Below, piece by piece: positions 20,313 to 30,439 of a stretch of DNA of 64,000 nucleotides. Position 1 is the first letter of the stretch. The number at the start of each line of letters is the position of its first letter. The notes under the pieces are model-generated. The model made no database searches, was not told the DNA's origin, and was given only the letters and a program-made list of their open reading frames with translations. The stretch comes from Candidatus Latescibacterota bacterium (GTDB taxonomy: Bacteria; Latescibacterota; UBA2968): contig OZ242320.1 in NCBI GenBank assembly GCA_965208125.1, forward strand, positions 1,888,001 to 1,952,000, read 5' to 3'. The position numbers and the translations under genes are program-made.

Positions 20313-20882
20313 CTACCATCTCAAATCAGCAATCCGAAGCTCAAACCCGGGCAATTGATCAGAATTATAAACATCCCCCTCCTGCAATTCCCGAGACAGA
20401 TAATCGCGCTCGCCACGCGAAAGAACTGTAACAACCCGTCGAAAAGGATCGACAATCACATATTCTGCCACACCTGTATCAAAATATTCTCCACGCTTCA
20501 AAATATAATCTCGCTCTTCGCTCCCCTGGCTCACAACCTCAAAAACGAGATCGGGAACCAGATCGTAAATATGTTCAGCAGACACATCCTCCAAATACAC
20601 GGCAATATCACCGACCCGGTCCGTCTGATCCGAAGTCCGGATCCAGCCCTCGGGCGCAATGAGTTCAATCGCTCCCAAATGGGTATGTCTATACACATAG
20701 AGCTTTTCGAGAATAGCGGAAACGACCTGCATATGCGGCAAATCGCTCGGCTCCATCACAACCAATCGCTCTTCCACGCGCTCATACCGATACGGCGCAT
20801 CCCACTCCGCCTGGGCAAACTCCTCATCCGTCATCAATCGCCCCTGATCTTTCAAACCCAATTTCAAGTGTGTTTTTGTCAT
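20313..20882 (-). CDS. Uma2 family endonuclease (paralog 2)
   Basis: 'YERVEERLVVM.P...H', 'PDLVFEVVS', 'D...KR.EY...GV.EY.IVDP', 'LPGFE'. Confidence 0.85.
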   Translation of the reverse strand: MTKTHLKLGLKDQGRLMTDEEFAQAEWDAPYRYERVEERLVVMEPSDLPHMQVVSAILEKLYVYRHTHLGAIELIAPEGWIRTSDQTDRVGDIAVYLEDVSAEHIYDLVPDLVFEVVSQGSEERDYILKRGEYFDTGVAEYVIVDPFRRVVTVLSRGERDYLSRELQEGDVYNSDQLPGFELRIADLRW

Positions 20883-20887
20883 AATAC

Positions 20888-21463
20888 TCACCATCCCAAA
20901 TTGGCAATCGAAAACTCAAACCCGGGCAATTGATCAGAAGTATAAACATCGCCCTCCTGCAATTCCCGAGCCAAATAATCGTGCTCACCGCGCGAAAGAA
21001 CTGTAACCACCTTTCGAAAGGGATCGACAATCACGTACTCTGCCACACCTGTATCAAAATATTCTCCACGCTTCAAAATATAATCTCGCTCTTCACTCCC
21101 TCTGCTTACAACCTCGAAAACAACGCGGGGAATCCTCTCGGACTGTTGATCGGACTGCGGCTCATCTTCCGTGAGATAAACGCCGACATCCGCCATGCGG
21201 TCCTGTCCTTCCCCCGTGCGAATCCACGCCTCTGTCGCTGCCATTTCAATTATTCCCGGATGGGCTGCATCGTAAAGAGAGAGCTCTTTCACAACAGCCC
21301 ATACCAACCCCAAATGCGTCTTACCACTTGGCGACATAACCACAAGCCTCCCTTCCACGCGTTCATATCGATAGGGCGCATCGCACTCTGCCCGAGCAAA
21401 CTCCTCATCCGTCAGCAACCGCCCCTGATCTTTCAAACCCAATCTCAATTTTGTCTCCAGCAT
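20888..21463 (-). CDS. Uma2 family endonuclease (paralog 1)
   Basis: Same motifs as paralog 2. GGAGG RBS before the ATG at 21463. Confidence 0.85.
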   Translation of the reverse strand: MLETKLRLGLKDQGRLLTDEEFARAECDAPYRYERVEGRLVVMSPSGKTHLGLVWAVVKELSLYDAAHPGIIEMAATEAWIRTGEGQDRMADVGVYLTEDEPQSDQQSERIPRVVFEVVSRGSEERDYILKRGEYFDTGVAEYVIVDPFRKVVTVLSRGEHDYLARELQEGDVYTSDQLPGFEFSIANLGW

Positions 21464-21477
21464 GGCCTGACCTCCGT

Positions 21478-22638
21478 TCACGACTCATCTCTCATCGCCC
21501 ACTGTTGCTTCTTCTCCCTCATCTCCGCATTCAATTCCACCTCGCGATGCGGCGTCTGATTCGCGCTATCCTGAACCCACTCACCCTCGCGCGACTTCTC
21601 CACCGGCTGTCGCTGTGCCACATCTATAATCCCAAATGGGCGATGCGGCTCTTTTTGATACCAGTAAGCCACAGACGCCATCTCATTCGCCAGATGATTC
21701 CCGTGCCCGTGCTCAATCGTCACCTTAATCTCCTTTTCAAACCGCACGGGATTGGTCAAATGAAAAACATAAGACGTCTGATACCCCCCCGTATTCCGCT
21801 CGTAAATCGACGACCCATTCATCAAAAACGCATTATCCTGCATCCCCCACGCCTGATTGAGATAATCTTCGCTACCTGTACCGTGCAACTCCGGCGGCCA
21901 CTTGTACCCATCTACCCAGATCATATCATCGCCCTCGCCCCACCACGTCCCCTGAAAATTCGTCACCGACAAATTGCACCCAATATAATGCCCGACACCC
22001 GTCGCCTCCAGAATCGCGTAATTGCCATCCCACGCCTGCCGCTCAACATTGACAATATTCGCCTCTGGCGTATTGACGCGAATTTCATGCCCCCAGCCAT
22101 CGCAGGGATTTTCCCTGTGAAATTGCGCGTGAAAATACGCCGTATCTTCTCCCCAGGGATCGTCGTACAACTCGTAATCCACATAAAAATACTGCCGATA
22201 AGACTCATCGCCCTCATTCGTCACCTCAACGCGCGCAGAAAGATTAAACGGCATCAGCAAATAGCAATTCAGCGCGGCATTGGGCACAAACTGATTCTCG
22301 CGCTGTGCATTGGCAGACGCGGAAAAAGGCAGCGATTGAAAAGACGTGGAAATACCGTGCCCCAAACAAAAGAAATCTCCCAACGGCACCTCGACACTCG
22401 GATCGTCTTCACCATCCCAAAACATCTTCAAAACCACATTGCGAAAAGCACCCTCCCCGCTTTGCGTCATCCAAATATGCGTAATACACCCCGGTCCCTT
22501 GAGATCGGCCAACACGCGCGTCTCGCCGCCCTCAATAACCCATGCATCGCCATTGCGTCCACTGTTATCCCACGACGACGCCCGCAGCGTCCTCGCCTTT
22601 TTGGTCTGTGTAAGTGAAGCGAGCAAATGAGCGTCCAT
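21478..22638 (-). CDS. DUF2961 / glycoside hydrolase family 172 protein
   Basis: 'SSWD.SG.N.D', 'GPGCITHIWMT', 'PSVEVPLGDFF', 'WWGEGDD', 'HGTGSEDY', 'IEHGHGN', 'SVAYWYQ'. Confidence 0.88.
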   Translation of the reverse strand: MDAHLLASLTQTKKARTLRASSWDNSGRNGDAWVIEGGETRVLADLKGPGCITHIWMTQSGEGAFRNVVLKMFWDGEDDPSVEVPLGDFFCLGHGISTSFQSLPFSASANAQRENQFVPNAALNCYLLMPFNLSARVEVTNEGDESYRQYFYVDYELYDDPWGEDTAYFHAQFHRENPCDGWGHEIRVNTPEANIVNVERQAWDGNYAILEATGVGHYIGCNLSVTNFQGTWWGEGDDMIWVDGYKWPPELHGTGSEDYLNQAWGMQDNAFLMNGSSIYERNTGGYQTSYVFHLTNPVRFEKEIKVTIEHGHGNHLANEMASVAYWYQKEPHRPFGIIDVAQRQPVEKSREGEWVQDSANQTPHREVELNAEMREKKQQWAMRDES

Positions 22639-22661
22639 ATCTCCGATCCTTTCTTTTTTGC

Positions 22662-22736
22662 AGGCGACCACAGGGGGTCGCCCCTACAAAACCAGATTAA
22701 CAATATCATCGTAGGGGACGGCCCCTGTGCCGTCCC
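22662..22736. repeat. Inverted GTAG-REP doublet (REPIN-like)
   Basis: GGCGACCACAGGGGGTCGCCCCTAC, then a 23-nt spacer, then GTAGGGGACGGCCCCTGTGCCGTCCC. Confidence 0.75.
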
Positions 22737-22979
22737 GTTCCCCGTGCCCGCCCAATCCACCCCTATCAACACCCAGAATATTCGGAATTTTACCCACCGC
22801 GTCAAAGGGTTTTTTTAGAAAAAAACAATACGTCAAAAAAATGTATGGTTTTCTCTATCGCACATGCGAAACCCGTTTTCCCCAGTCCCCGCTTTTTTGC
22901 TCTAAATCTCGCATATACAGGCAATTGGATGCACGCACAACCCAACACCAGTAAAATTGCGATTTACATATATTTGGTA

Positions 22980-23011
22980 TTGACTTTTTTGATAGACCAC
23001 CATATATTGTG
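22980..23011 (+). promoter_or_regulatory. Sigma70-like nrdA promoter with an overlapping NrdR box
   Basis: TTGACT-17 nt-TATATT. CACCATATATTGTG (22998-23011) closely matches the NrdR box consensus and overlaps the -10. Confidence 0.7.
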
Positions 23012-23329
23012 CTTGCAGTTGTTAGTGGAAATTTATCCTCTCCCCCCCTTTAACTATTTTTTGCAGATTCAAACAAATTATTACAACTGCGTAAGTTATT
23101 AATATTTTCGGGAAAACAAATCCATTATTCGCAGTCTCTCCCCACCTCTGCGATTGGGATTTCCAACCTTATGTTTTCCCGATTTGTTGTCTTAAAAACA
23201 AATCCCCAGGATCATTTTTTTACCCCTCCCCGTTGTGGTTTTTGTGCAGCGGTTACGGGTTTATTTTTTTTGCCAGAACGCGCGGGAGCAGGCTCCTATT
23301 GGTTCTCGGCTCGCATTTGGGAGGTATGC

Positions 23330-26218
23330 ATGGCCGAAATAGTTGACACTTTACTGGAAGCGGTTGATTTTGCGGTACGCAAACGCGATGGTCGGGTCGT
23401 GGATTTTGACCGCTCGCGCATTGAACGCGCGATTGAGGCGGCATTTAGAGCCGAGTTGGGATTGTCCAACGACCATTCATTGCCGCCCAAAATTGGAACC
23501 GATGTGTCGGAACTCACCGACGCTGTTATTACTGAAATTGAAAGTGAATTGCACGAGCCGGATGACAGCGTAGATGTCGAACGCATTCAGGATAAAGTCG
23601 AAATCCAGTTAATGCGTGCAGGCCATTTTGCGGTTGCCCGACGCTACATCGTCTATCGAGAAGATCACAAAAAAGCCCGCGTGCTCAGCGGCAAAGAAGA
23701 ACCCCAGGACCCCAACGCGCCCAAACTCCGCGTACAAACAGCCGACGGCAATCGCGAACCCCTGGATGCCAACCGCATTCGCACCGAGGTATTTGCCGTT
23801 TGCGATGACGAGGCAGATCCCCAGGCCCTGCTCAATGAAATATATCGCTCCCTCTACGACGACATCAAACCCGACGACATAGAACGCGCCATGATATTGG
23901 CAGCACGCAGCCGAGTAGAAAAAGAACCCGCCTATAGCAAAGTCGCAATGCGCTTGCTCCTCAATGTGATCTATCGCCACGCCCTCGGGTTCAAGCCCGC
24001 GCTTGAAGATAGGGACACAGCCTGTCGGCAGGGATTTGCAAAATTTATTGAAACGGGCGTTGAAAACGACCGCTTAGACCCCAAATTGCGCGTATTTGAT
24101 CTGGAGCGTCTATCTGCGGCCTTAAAACCCGAGCGCGATGAAGACTTTGAGTACCTGGGCGTACAAACGATTTTTGATCGCTATTTGCTCCACGTCAACG
24201 AGCGCCGTATTGAAACCCCACAGTTCTTCTGGATGCGCGTGGCAATGGGCCTCGCCTGGGACGAAGACGACAAAGAGGCGCGCGCCATTCAATTTTACGA
24301 AGTACTCTCTTCCTTCAGATTTGTCTCTGCCACACCCACCCTGTTCAATGCTGGCACCCTGCATCCGCAGTTGTCCTCGTGTTACTTGTCAACCGCGCAA
24401 GACGATCTGGAACACATTTTCAAAATGGTATCCGACAATGCCAAATTGTCCAAATGGGCAGGCGGTCTGGGCAATGACTGGACAAATGTGCGCGCGACAA
24501 ATTCCTATATCCGCGGCACAAATGGCAGAAGCCAGGGCGTCATTCCATTTTTGAAAGTCGTGAACGACACGGCAGTTGCCGTCAACCAGGGCGGAAAACG
24601 CAAAGGGGCGGTATGCTCCTATCTGGAAACCTGGCACCTGGACATCGAAGATTTTATGGAGTTGCGTAAAAACACGGGCGATGACCGCCGCCGCACACAC
24701 GACATGAACACGGCCAACTGGATCCCCGACCTGTTTATGAAGCGCGTCATGGAAAAGGGAACCTGGACCCTGTTCAGCCCGGATGAAGTCTCCGACCTGC
24801 ACGACTTGTACGGCAAAGCCTTTGAAGAAAAATACCTCGCGTATGAACAAATGGCCGAAGCCGGGGAACTGCAACAACATCGCCAGATCGATGCCGTGCA
24901 ATTGTGGCGCAAAATGTTGTCCATGCTCTTTGAAACCGGGCACCCGTGGATCACATTTAAGGACCCGTCCAACATTCGCTCGCCCCAGGATCACGCGGGC
25001 GTTGTCCACAGCTCGAACTTGTGTACTGAAATTTTGTTGAACACGAGCCGCGAAGAAACCGCGGTATGCAACCTCGGCTCCGTAAACCTCGTGGCACACA
25101 TCACACCCACGGGCCTCAACCGCGAGTTGTTGGAAGACACGATATCGACAGCACTCAGAATGCTGGACAACGTGATCGACATCAATTTCTATCCCACAGA
25201 AGAAGCCGCTACATCCAACAAACGCCACCGCCCCGTGGGCCTGGGCGTAATGGGATTTCAGGACGCGCTCTACCTGTTGAATTTGCCCTACGATTCGCAA
25301 GGGGCGGTTGACTTTGCCGACATCAGCATGGAAATGATCTCGTATTACGCCATCCTCGCCTCAACGCACCTATCCGAAGAACGCGGCACATATCACTCCT
25401 ACATCGGTTCAAAATGGGACCGCGGCATATTGCCCATCGATACCCTAACGGTGTTGGGACAAGAACGCGGGGCGTACCTCGAAGTCGATACATCCGCGCA
25501 CCTGGACTGGAATGTCGTGCGCGAGGCAGTCGCCAAACACGGCATGCGAAACAGCAACGTCATGGCCATTGCCCCAACCGCCACCATATCGAATATCTCG
25601 GGCGTGACCCAATCCATCGAGCCGATGTATCGCAACCTGTATGTAAAAGCAAATCTGTCCGGAGATTTTACCGTATTAAATCCCTACATGGTCGATGCCT
25701 TAAAAGCGCGCGACCTGTGGGACGACCAGATGGTAGATGATCTGAAATACTTCGACGGATCAGTCCAGGAAATCGACCGCGTGCCGCAAGACGTGAAAGA
25801 CCTCTACAAAACCGCATTTGAAGTGGCACCCGAGTGGCTCATCGAATGCGCCAGCCGCCGGCAAAAGTGGATCGACATGGGCCAATCGCTAAATCTGTAC
25901 ATCGCCGCCCCCAGCGGCAAAGCACTGGACGACATGTACAAACTCGCCTGGATACGCGGGCTGAAAACCACGTACTACTTGCGCTCACTCGCTGCGACCC
26001 AGATCGAGAAATCCACCATGGACATCAACAAACGCGGCGTCCAGCCCCGGTGGATGCAGTCCAAATCCGCTTCGAGCGATGTGCAAGTGCAACGCGAAGA
26101 TGCATCAGTTGAAACAGACGCGTCTCCCAACGGGCAGGTACACCAGACCCCTGCCGCCCCAGCACCAACAGCCGAGTCATGCGATATTACAGATGGCACA
26201 TGCGAGGCGTGTCAATAA
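23330..26218 (+). CDS. nrdA: Class I ribonucleotide reductase alpha subunit with two ATP cones
   Basis: ATP cones 'VRKRDG.V.DFD..RI' and 'VQTADG.REPLD..RI'. Core motifs 'ATPTLFNAG', 'QLSSCY', 'SNLCTEI', 'IAPTAT', 'GLKTTYY', C-terminal 'CEACQ'. GGAGG RBS before the ATG at 23330. Confidence 0.95.
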   Translation: MAEIVDTLLEAVDFAVRKRDGRVVDFDRSRIERAIEAAFRAELGLSNDHSLPPKIGTDVSELTDAVITEIESELHEPDDSVDVERIQDKVEIQLMRAGHFAVARRYIVYREDHKKARVLSGKEEPQDPNAPKLRVQTADGNREPLDANRIRTEVFAVCDDEADPQALLNEIYRSLYDDIKPDDIERAMILAARSRVEKEPAYSKVAMRLLLNVIYRHALGFKPALEDRDTACRQGFAKFIETGVENDRLDPKLRVFDLERLSAALKPERDEDFEYLGVQTIFDRYLLHVNERRIETPQFFWMRVAMGLAWDEDDKEARAIQFYEVLSSFRFVSATPTLFNAGTLHPQLSSCYLSTAQDDLEHIFKMVSDNAKLSKWAGGLGNDWTNVRATNSYIRGTNGRSQGVIPFLKVVNDTAVAVNQGGKRKGAVCSYLETWHLDIEDFMELRKNTGDDRRRTHDMNTANWIPDLFMKRVMEKGTWTLFSPDEVSDLHDLYGKAFEEKYLAYEQMAEAGELQQHRQIDAVQLWRKMLSMLFETGHPWITFKDPSNIRSPQDHAGVVHSSNLCTEILLNTSREETAVCNLGSVNLVAHITPTGLNRELLEDTISTALRMLDNVIDINFYPTEEAATSNKRHRPVGLGVMGFQDALYLLNLPYDSQGAVDFADISMEMISYYAILASTHLSEERGTYHSYIGSKWDRGILPIDTLTVLGQERGAYLEVDTSAHLDWNVVREAVAKHGMRNSNVMAIAPTATISNISGVTQSIEPMYRNLYVKANLSGDFTVLNPYMVDALKARDLWDDQMVDDLKYFDGSVQEIDRVPQDVKDLYKTAFEVAPEWLIECASRRQKWIDMGQSLNLYIAAPSGKALDDMYKLAWIRGLKTTYYLRSLAATQIEKSTMDINKRGVQPRWMQSKSASSDVQVQREDASVETDASPNGQVHQTPAAPAPTAESCDITDGTCEACQ

Positions 26219-26259
26219 ATAGATCGAGCGCAAGTCTCAAAAGATAGACACCAATAACT

Positions 26260-26293
26260 AAGGGAGTGCAGATTTACTTTACACTCCCTTTTT
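26260..26293 (+). terminator. Intrinsic terminator after nrdA
   Basis: AAGGGAGTG...CACTCCCTT stem followed by a T run. Confidence 0.75.
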
Positions 26294-26350
26294 CGTTAAT
26301 ACACCAGGGCAGGTCAGAGTAATTTTTTTCAAAAAAAGTGCCTTTTGGGG

Positions 26351-26438
26351 TTGACAGTACGCGAGTACTTTTACTATAATAGGCACATCTTTACCACAAC
26401 ATTTTGTGCTCTTTTTTTCTTAATTACTAAATATTGTG
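26351..26438 (+). promoter_or_regulatory. Consensus sigma70 promoter plus tandem NrdR boxes for nrdB
   Basis: TTGACA(26351)-18 nt-TATAAT(26375). CACAACATTTTGTG at 26395-26408 and TACTAAATATTGTG at 26425-26438. Confidence 0.8.
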
Positions 26439-26683
26439 TCGTAAGTAGAACTGCAACAATAATTTAAAGCGATAGAGGCATCGCTTCAGGATCATCCCTC
26501 TCCTCACAGTTTCTCCCCGGTGAACGAGCCCCTCGGTATGCTTGTCCAGGACCTGGATACATACCTATCCGGCAGAATGCGACCAAAGAAAAAAACATCG
26601 CTTGTATTCCCTCTAAAGCGGTATATAGACATCTATAAAATAATCATCCACAGGTCTCCCCGCAGAATATAAGGAGTTGTGAT

Positions 26684-27865
26684 ATGGCCAAGCTCATATT
26701 TGAAGACGAAGATGTTGAAAGTCATGCAAATATGGACTACCAAAACGGTGGTCACGCACAGCAAAACGGTATTCATGCACCCGTTGAAGCGGATAATACT
26801 CCCTCCGCGCTGTGTTGTGGTGCCACTGGCGAAGCGTATGACCTGACCAAGCGCATCAACCCGGAAGACAAGCGATTGCTCAACTGCCGGCAGGTAGATG
26901 TGAACCAGTTGATGCCCCTCAAATATGAATGGGCATGGGAACACTATCTCAACGGATGCGCCAATCACTGGATGCCGACAGAAGTGCCCATGCAGCGCGA
27001 CATAGAACTCTGGCGCTCAAATGCCCTGAACGACGCCGAACGAAAAGTCATCTTGCGAAACCTCGGATTCTTCAGCACGGGCGAAAGCCTCGTCGGCAAC
27101 AACATCGTACTCGCAATCTTCAAACACATCACAAACTCCGAAGCCCGGCAATACCTCTTGCGTCAGGCATTTGAAGAAGCCATACACACGCACACATTCC
27201 ACTACATCGTCGAATCCCTGGGGCTAAACGCACGCGAAGTATTCAACATGTATCACGAAGTCGCCTCCATCGAAGGCAAAGACAAATTCGTGATGGAACT
27301 AACCGAAGATGTACTGGACCCCAACTTCACAACACAAAGCATTGAAGGCATACAGAAATTCGTGAAAAATCTCGTCGGCTTTTACGTCATCATGGAAGGC
27401 ATATTCTTCTACAGCGGCTTTGTCATGATCCTCTCCTTCCATCGGCAAAACCGCATGACCGGCATCGGCGAACAATTCCAGTACATCCTGCGCGACGAAA
27501 CCATACATCTGAATTTCGGCATTGACCTGATCAACACCATCAAACTCGAAAATCCAGAAATATGGACAACGGAACTGCAGCGCGACATCTACGACCTCAT
27601 CCACGAAGCCGTGGAATACGAAGTCATCTATGCGCGGGATTGTGTGCCCGACGGCGTACTGGGCCTCAATGAAGAATTATTCCGCGAATACGTGCAATTC
27701 ATCGCCGATCGTCGCCTGGAACGAATCGGCCTACAAAGCGTATATGGATCGAAAAATCCATTCCCGTGGATGGGTGAAACCATTGACATCGCAAAAGAAA
27801 AGAACTTCTTCGAAACGCGCGTCACGGATTATCAAAGCGCTGGATCCTTGCAGTGGGATGATTAA
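26684..27865 (+). CDS. nrdB: Ribonucleotide reductase beta subunit, class Ic (Mn/Fe) type
   Basis: '[15 protein letters not shown]', '[12 protein letters not shown]', 'EGIFFYSGF', 'RDETIH', 'NFFETRV..Y'. Glu as first metal ligand and Phe at the radical-Tyr position. Confidence 0.92.
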   Translation: MAKLIFEDEDVESHANMDYQNGGHAQQNGIHAPVEADNTPSALCCGATGEAYDLTKRINPEDKRLLNCRQVDVNQLMPLKYEWAWEHYLNGCANHWMPTEVPMQRDIELWRSNALNDAERKVILRNLGFFSTGESLVGNNIVLAIFKHITNSEARQYLLRQAFEEAIHTHTFHYIVESLGLNAREVFNMYHEVASIEGKDKFVMELTEDVLDPNFTTQSIEGIQKFVKNLVGFYVIMEGIFFYSGFVMILSFHRQNRMTGIGEQFQYILRDETIHLNFGIDLINTIKLENPEIWTTELQRDIYDLIHEAVEYEVIYARDCVPDGVLGLNEELFREYVQFIADRRLERIGLQSVYGSKNPFPWMGETIDIAKEKNFFETRVTDYQSAGSLQWDD

Positions 27866-27929
27866 ACCTGAAACTTAAAAAATAATACATCTATTCAGGC
27901 TGACGGGGGAAGGGAAATCAGAGCCTGAT

Positions 27930-27965
27930 ACGGGGTGGAAGACACACATCTTCCACCCCGTTTTG
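27930..27965. terminator. Intrinsic terminator between convergent nrdB and epmA
   Basis: ACGGGGTGGAAGA-CACACA-TCTTCCACCCCGT followed by TTT. Confidence 0.85.
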
Positions 27966-27971
27966 TTTAGA

Positions 27972-29225
27972 CTAAAGATCAGACATGGGAAAAGCCATAA
28001 CCTCGCCTATAGAAGACGCCCCAGTAAGCAACATAATGAGACGATCCACCCCAAGCGCAACACCGCCAGAAGGCGGCATCCCATATTCGAGAGCCGCAAG
28101 AAAACACTCATCAACGGGATACGCCGGATTTCCCTCTCTCACGCGCTGGGCGGCTTCCTCTTCCAAACGCTGGCGTTGCTCATCCGGATCGTTCAACTCT
28201 GTAAACGCATTGCACAGCTCCACCCCCGCAATATAAACCTCAAAACGCTCGGCCAGATCTGGCGCGCTGGACTTGCGTTTGGCAAGCGCCGCCATCGGCG
28301 CGGGATAATCGTACAAAATCGCGGGCTTCTGCACACCCAGATGGGCTTCAACCCGATCGAGAAAAACCTTGAAAAACGCGACATCTGGCGGATCGTTCTC
28401 ATCAACCGTCGCATGCCCCGCCTGCCTGATAAACGCAGCCGTCTCCAAATACGGATCAGCACGAATACCCGCGTAGCGCAACATCGCCTCCCGCACAGAA
28501 ATACGCTCCCACGGAGGCGTCAGATCAACCGCGTACTCATCCGTCCGCACAACAGGCTCTCCATATAAATCTGTCGCAAGTTCGGCAATCAAATACTCGG
28601 TATCCACCATAATATCGGTATAATCCGCGTACGCCCGATACCACTCCAGCATCGTAAACTCCGGCGTATGCATCCTGCCAACAGGCTCGTGCCGAAACAC
28701 CTTGCAAACCTGGTATATCCGTTCAAACCCAGCCGCCAGCAGGCGCTTCATCGCATACTCAGGCGACGTATGCAGATAAAACTGACGCATCTCATACATC
28801 GTCTGAAACGCCTCGAGATGCGGCTCCATACCCGGTTGCGGCACCATCAGAGGGGTCTCAACCTCAACAAAACCCCTCTCATCAAAAAAGCGGCGAATCG
28901 CCGAGATAATTTTGGCGCGCTTGCGTAAATTCGTCTGCACGCTCTGGCTTAAAGGCATCACGCCATCACGCGACGGCACCAGCACCCGCAGCCCCGCAAC
29001 GTGAAAAACATCGCCTTCAAAACGCCCCTCAACCTCCACAATATCTCCCACCTTCGCCCCGTGCGCGACGTTAAAACACAGACACACCGTCCCCGTCTCA
29101 TCGGAAAGCGAATCTCGACCAGCAAGCCGCCCGGCCAAAACCGCAAACGCACCCGACTGAAGATCACAGATCCGATGGGTACGCTTACACCGTGCGGGAT
29201 ATTGTGGAGATGGATATTCGCGCAT
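27972..29225 (-). CDS. epmA: EF-P lysine aminoacylase EpmA/GenX-like protein with N-terminal OB-like extension
   Basis: 'GFVEVETP.M...PGMEPHL', '[17 protein letters not shown]', '[18 protein letters not shown]', '[19 protein letters not shown]', 'GVALGVDRL'. Confidence 0.85.
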   Translation of the reverse strand: MREYPSPQYPARCKRTHRICDLQSGAFAVLAGRLAGRDSLSDETGTVCLCFNVAHGAKVGDIVEVEGRFEGDVFHVAGLRVLVPSRDGVMPLSQSVQTNLRKRAKIISAIRRFFDERGFVEVETPLMVPQPGMEPHLEAFQTMYEMRQFYLHTSPEYAMKRLLAAGFERIYQVCKVFRHEPVGRMHTPEFTMLEWYRAYADYTDIMVDTEYLIAELATDLYGEPVVRTDEYAVDLTPPWERISVREAMLRYAGIRADPYLETAAFIRQAGHATVDENDPPDVAFFKVFLDRVEAHLGVQKPAILYDYPAPMAALAKRKSSAPDLAERFEVYIAGVELCNAFTELNDPDEQRQRLEEEAAQRVREGNPAYPVDECFLAALEYGMPPSGGVALGVDRLIMLLTGASSIGEVMAFPMSDL

Positions 29226-29301
29226 CTATATTGTCCTTGATTATATTATTAAAATCACACATCAATAAGCCATCAGTTCCCACATCAAGCAGAGCCATCA
29301 C

Positions 29302-29476
29302 GCACAGCGCGCAAGACCGACTTGCAACCACTCCAATGTACTCCCAAAAATTGAAGGCCACCTGCATTTGTGGAGTCACCATAAACGGTTTGCGCTGTGC
29401 CAGCCCCTCGGCGTTTGAGAGCGGCATTTTTTGCTTACTTTTTGTTGCTGCTGACAAAAAGTAAGTCGCCGAAGGC
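29302..29476. repeat. Structured intergenic element (MITE/REP-like)
   Basis: Long hairpin GCACAGCGC..ACCG / CGGTTTGCGCTGTGC, and a 12-bp stem CTTACTTTTTGT/ACAAAAAGTAAG. Confidence 0.45.
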
Positions 29477-29584
29477 AAAAAGATATAAAAAAACTCTATA
29501 CGTCATTATACCACAAAAAATGAATGATGCACACCCCTCATATATTATTGTTTTATTTGCCGCGCAAATTTGAAAGGACCCACC

Positions 29585-30430
29585 ATGCGACCGTACATCT
29601 GTTGTCACAACCACATCGGACGAACCATTAACCGCGCACCCACCGTCGGGCAAAACGCCCAGATGTGTTTATCCCGATTTGCCGAAACCGACATTTACGC
29701 AGCCATATCAATGCCAACAGCCGTGGGAAGCCCAATCACCCGGGGAATACAGGACATCCGGGAACAAAACGAAGCCATTGCCCGCGCGTGCAAAAAATTT
29801 CCCCACGTATTTCCCATTGGCATGGCACTCATCGAGCCGCGGTTTGGCGAACTCGGCATTGACGAAGCCGAAAAAGCCATGGACGACCTGGACCTCGTCG
29901 GAGTAGCTGGACATCCCCCGATGAAAGAAGAAATCCTCCCCATGGTAGAAGTCGCAGCCTCGCGAAACGGACTGTGCAACCTGCACTGGCACGACAGCTT
30001 GATGGACCGCACCGCCCGAACATTTCCAAACGCACAATTTATCGTACACGCCAGCACATGGGCTGCGGAAAACCTATCACAGCACGATAATCTCTGGTTC
30101 GAAGTCGTACAATACCCCGACGGACGGAACTCCACCTGGGACTTCAAATGGTTCGCCAACAAAGTCGGACGCGAGCGACTCATATTCGGCGCAGACCTCC
30201 CGTATTACGACTACCGCTTCCTCCAGCACACAATAGAAGAAGCCGACTGCGACGACGACTTAAAAGATCGAATCGCCCATCAAAATGTCATGACCCTGAT
30301 CAAACAATACAAACCGGACTGGACATTGCCGACGCAGCCGCCTCAAACGCCCCGTGTGTACAATCCGGAACACCTCTGGGCGTCCAACCCGGATCAGACA
30401 GATCGGTTGACCGTAGATATCTTGCCCTGA
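29585..30430 (+). CDS. Amidohydrolase_2 family metal-dependent hydrolase
   Basis: N-terminal HxH 'CHNH', 'N..IA......P..F', 'G.ER.IFGADLP'. Confidence 0.7.
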   Translation: MRPYICCHNHIGRTINRAPTVGQNAQMCLSRFAETDIYAAISMPTAVGSPITRGIQDIREQNEAIARACKKFPHVFPIGMALIEPRFGELGIDEAEKAMDDLDLVGVAGHPPMKEEILPMVEVAASRNGLCNLHWHDSLMDRTARTFPNAQFIVHASTWAAENLSQHDNLWFEVVQYPDGRNSTWDFKWFANKVGRERLIFGADLPYYDYRFLQHTIEEADCDDDLKDRIAHQNVMTLIKQYKPDWTLPTQPPQTPRVYNPEHLWASNPDQTDRLTVDILP

Positions 30431-30439
30431 GGCACAAAA

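Noticed and set aside
20295-22617. Long plus-strand ORFs (20295-20933, 20930-21559, 21451-22617) and other antisense or overlapping ORFs in the track
   Set aside because: They are shadow ORFs of well-supported opposite-strand genes, with biased composition and no motifs.
23330-26218. Intein or intron in nrdA, given its length
   Set aside because: The extra length is explained by two ATP cones and a C-terminal linker. No intein splice motifs or homing endonuclease were seen.
27972-29225. Call as lysS (LysRS)
   Set aside because: The catalytic signatures ([20 protein letters not shown]) are EpmA-type, and the protein is shorter than a typical LysRS.
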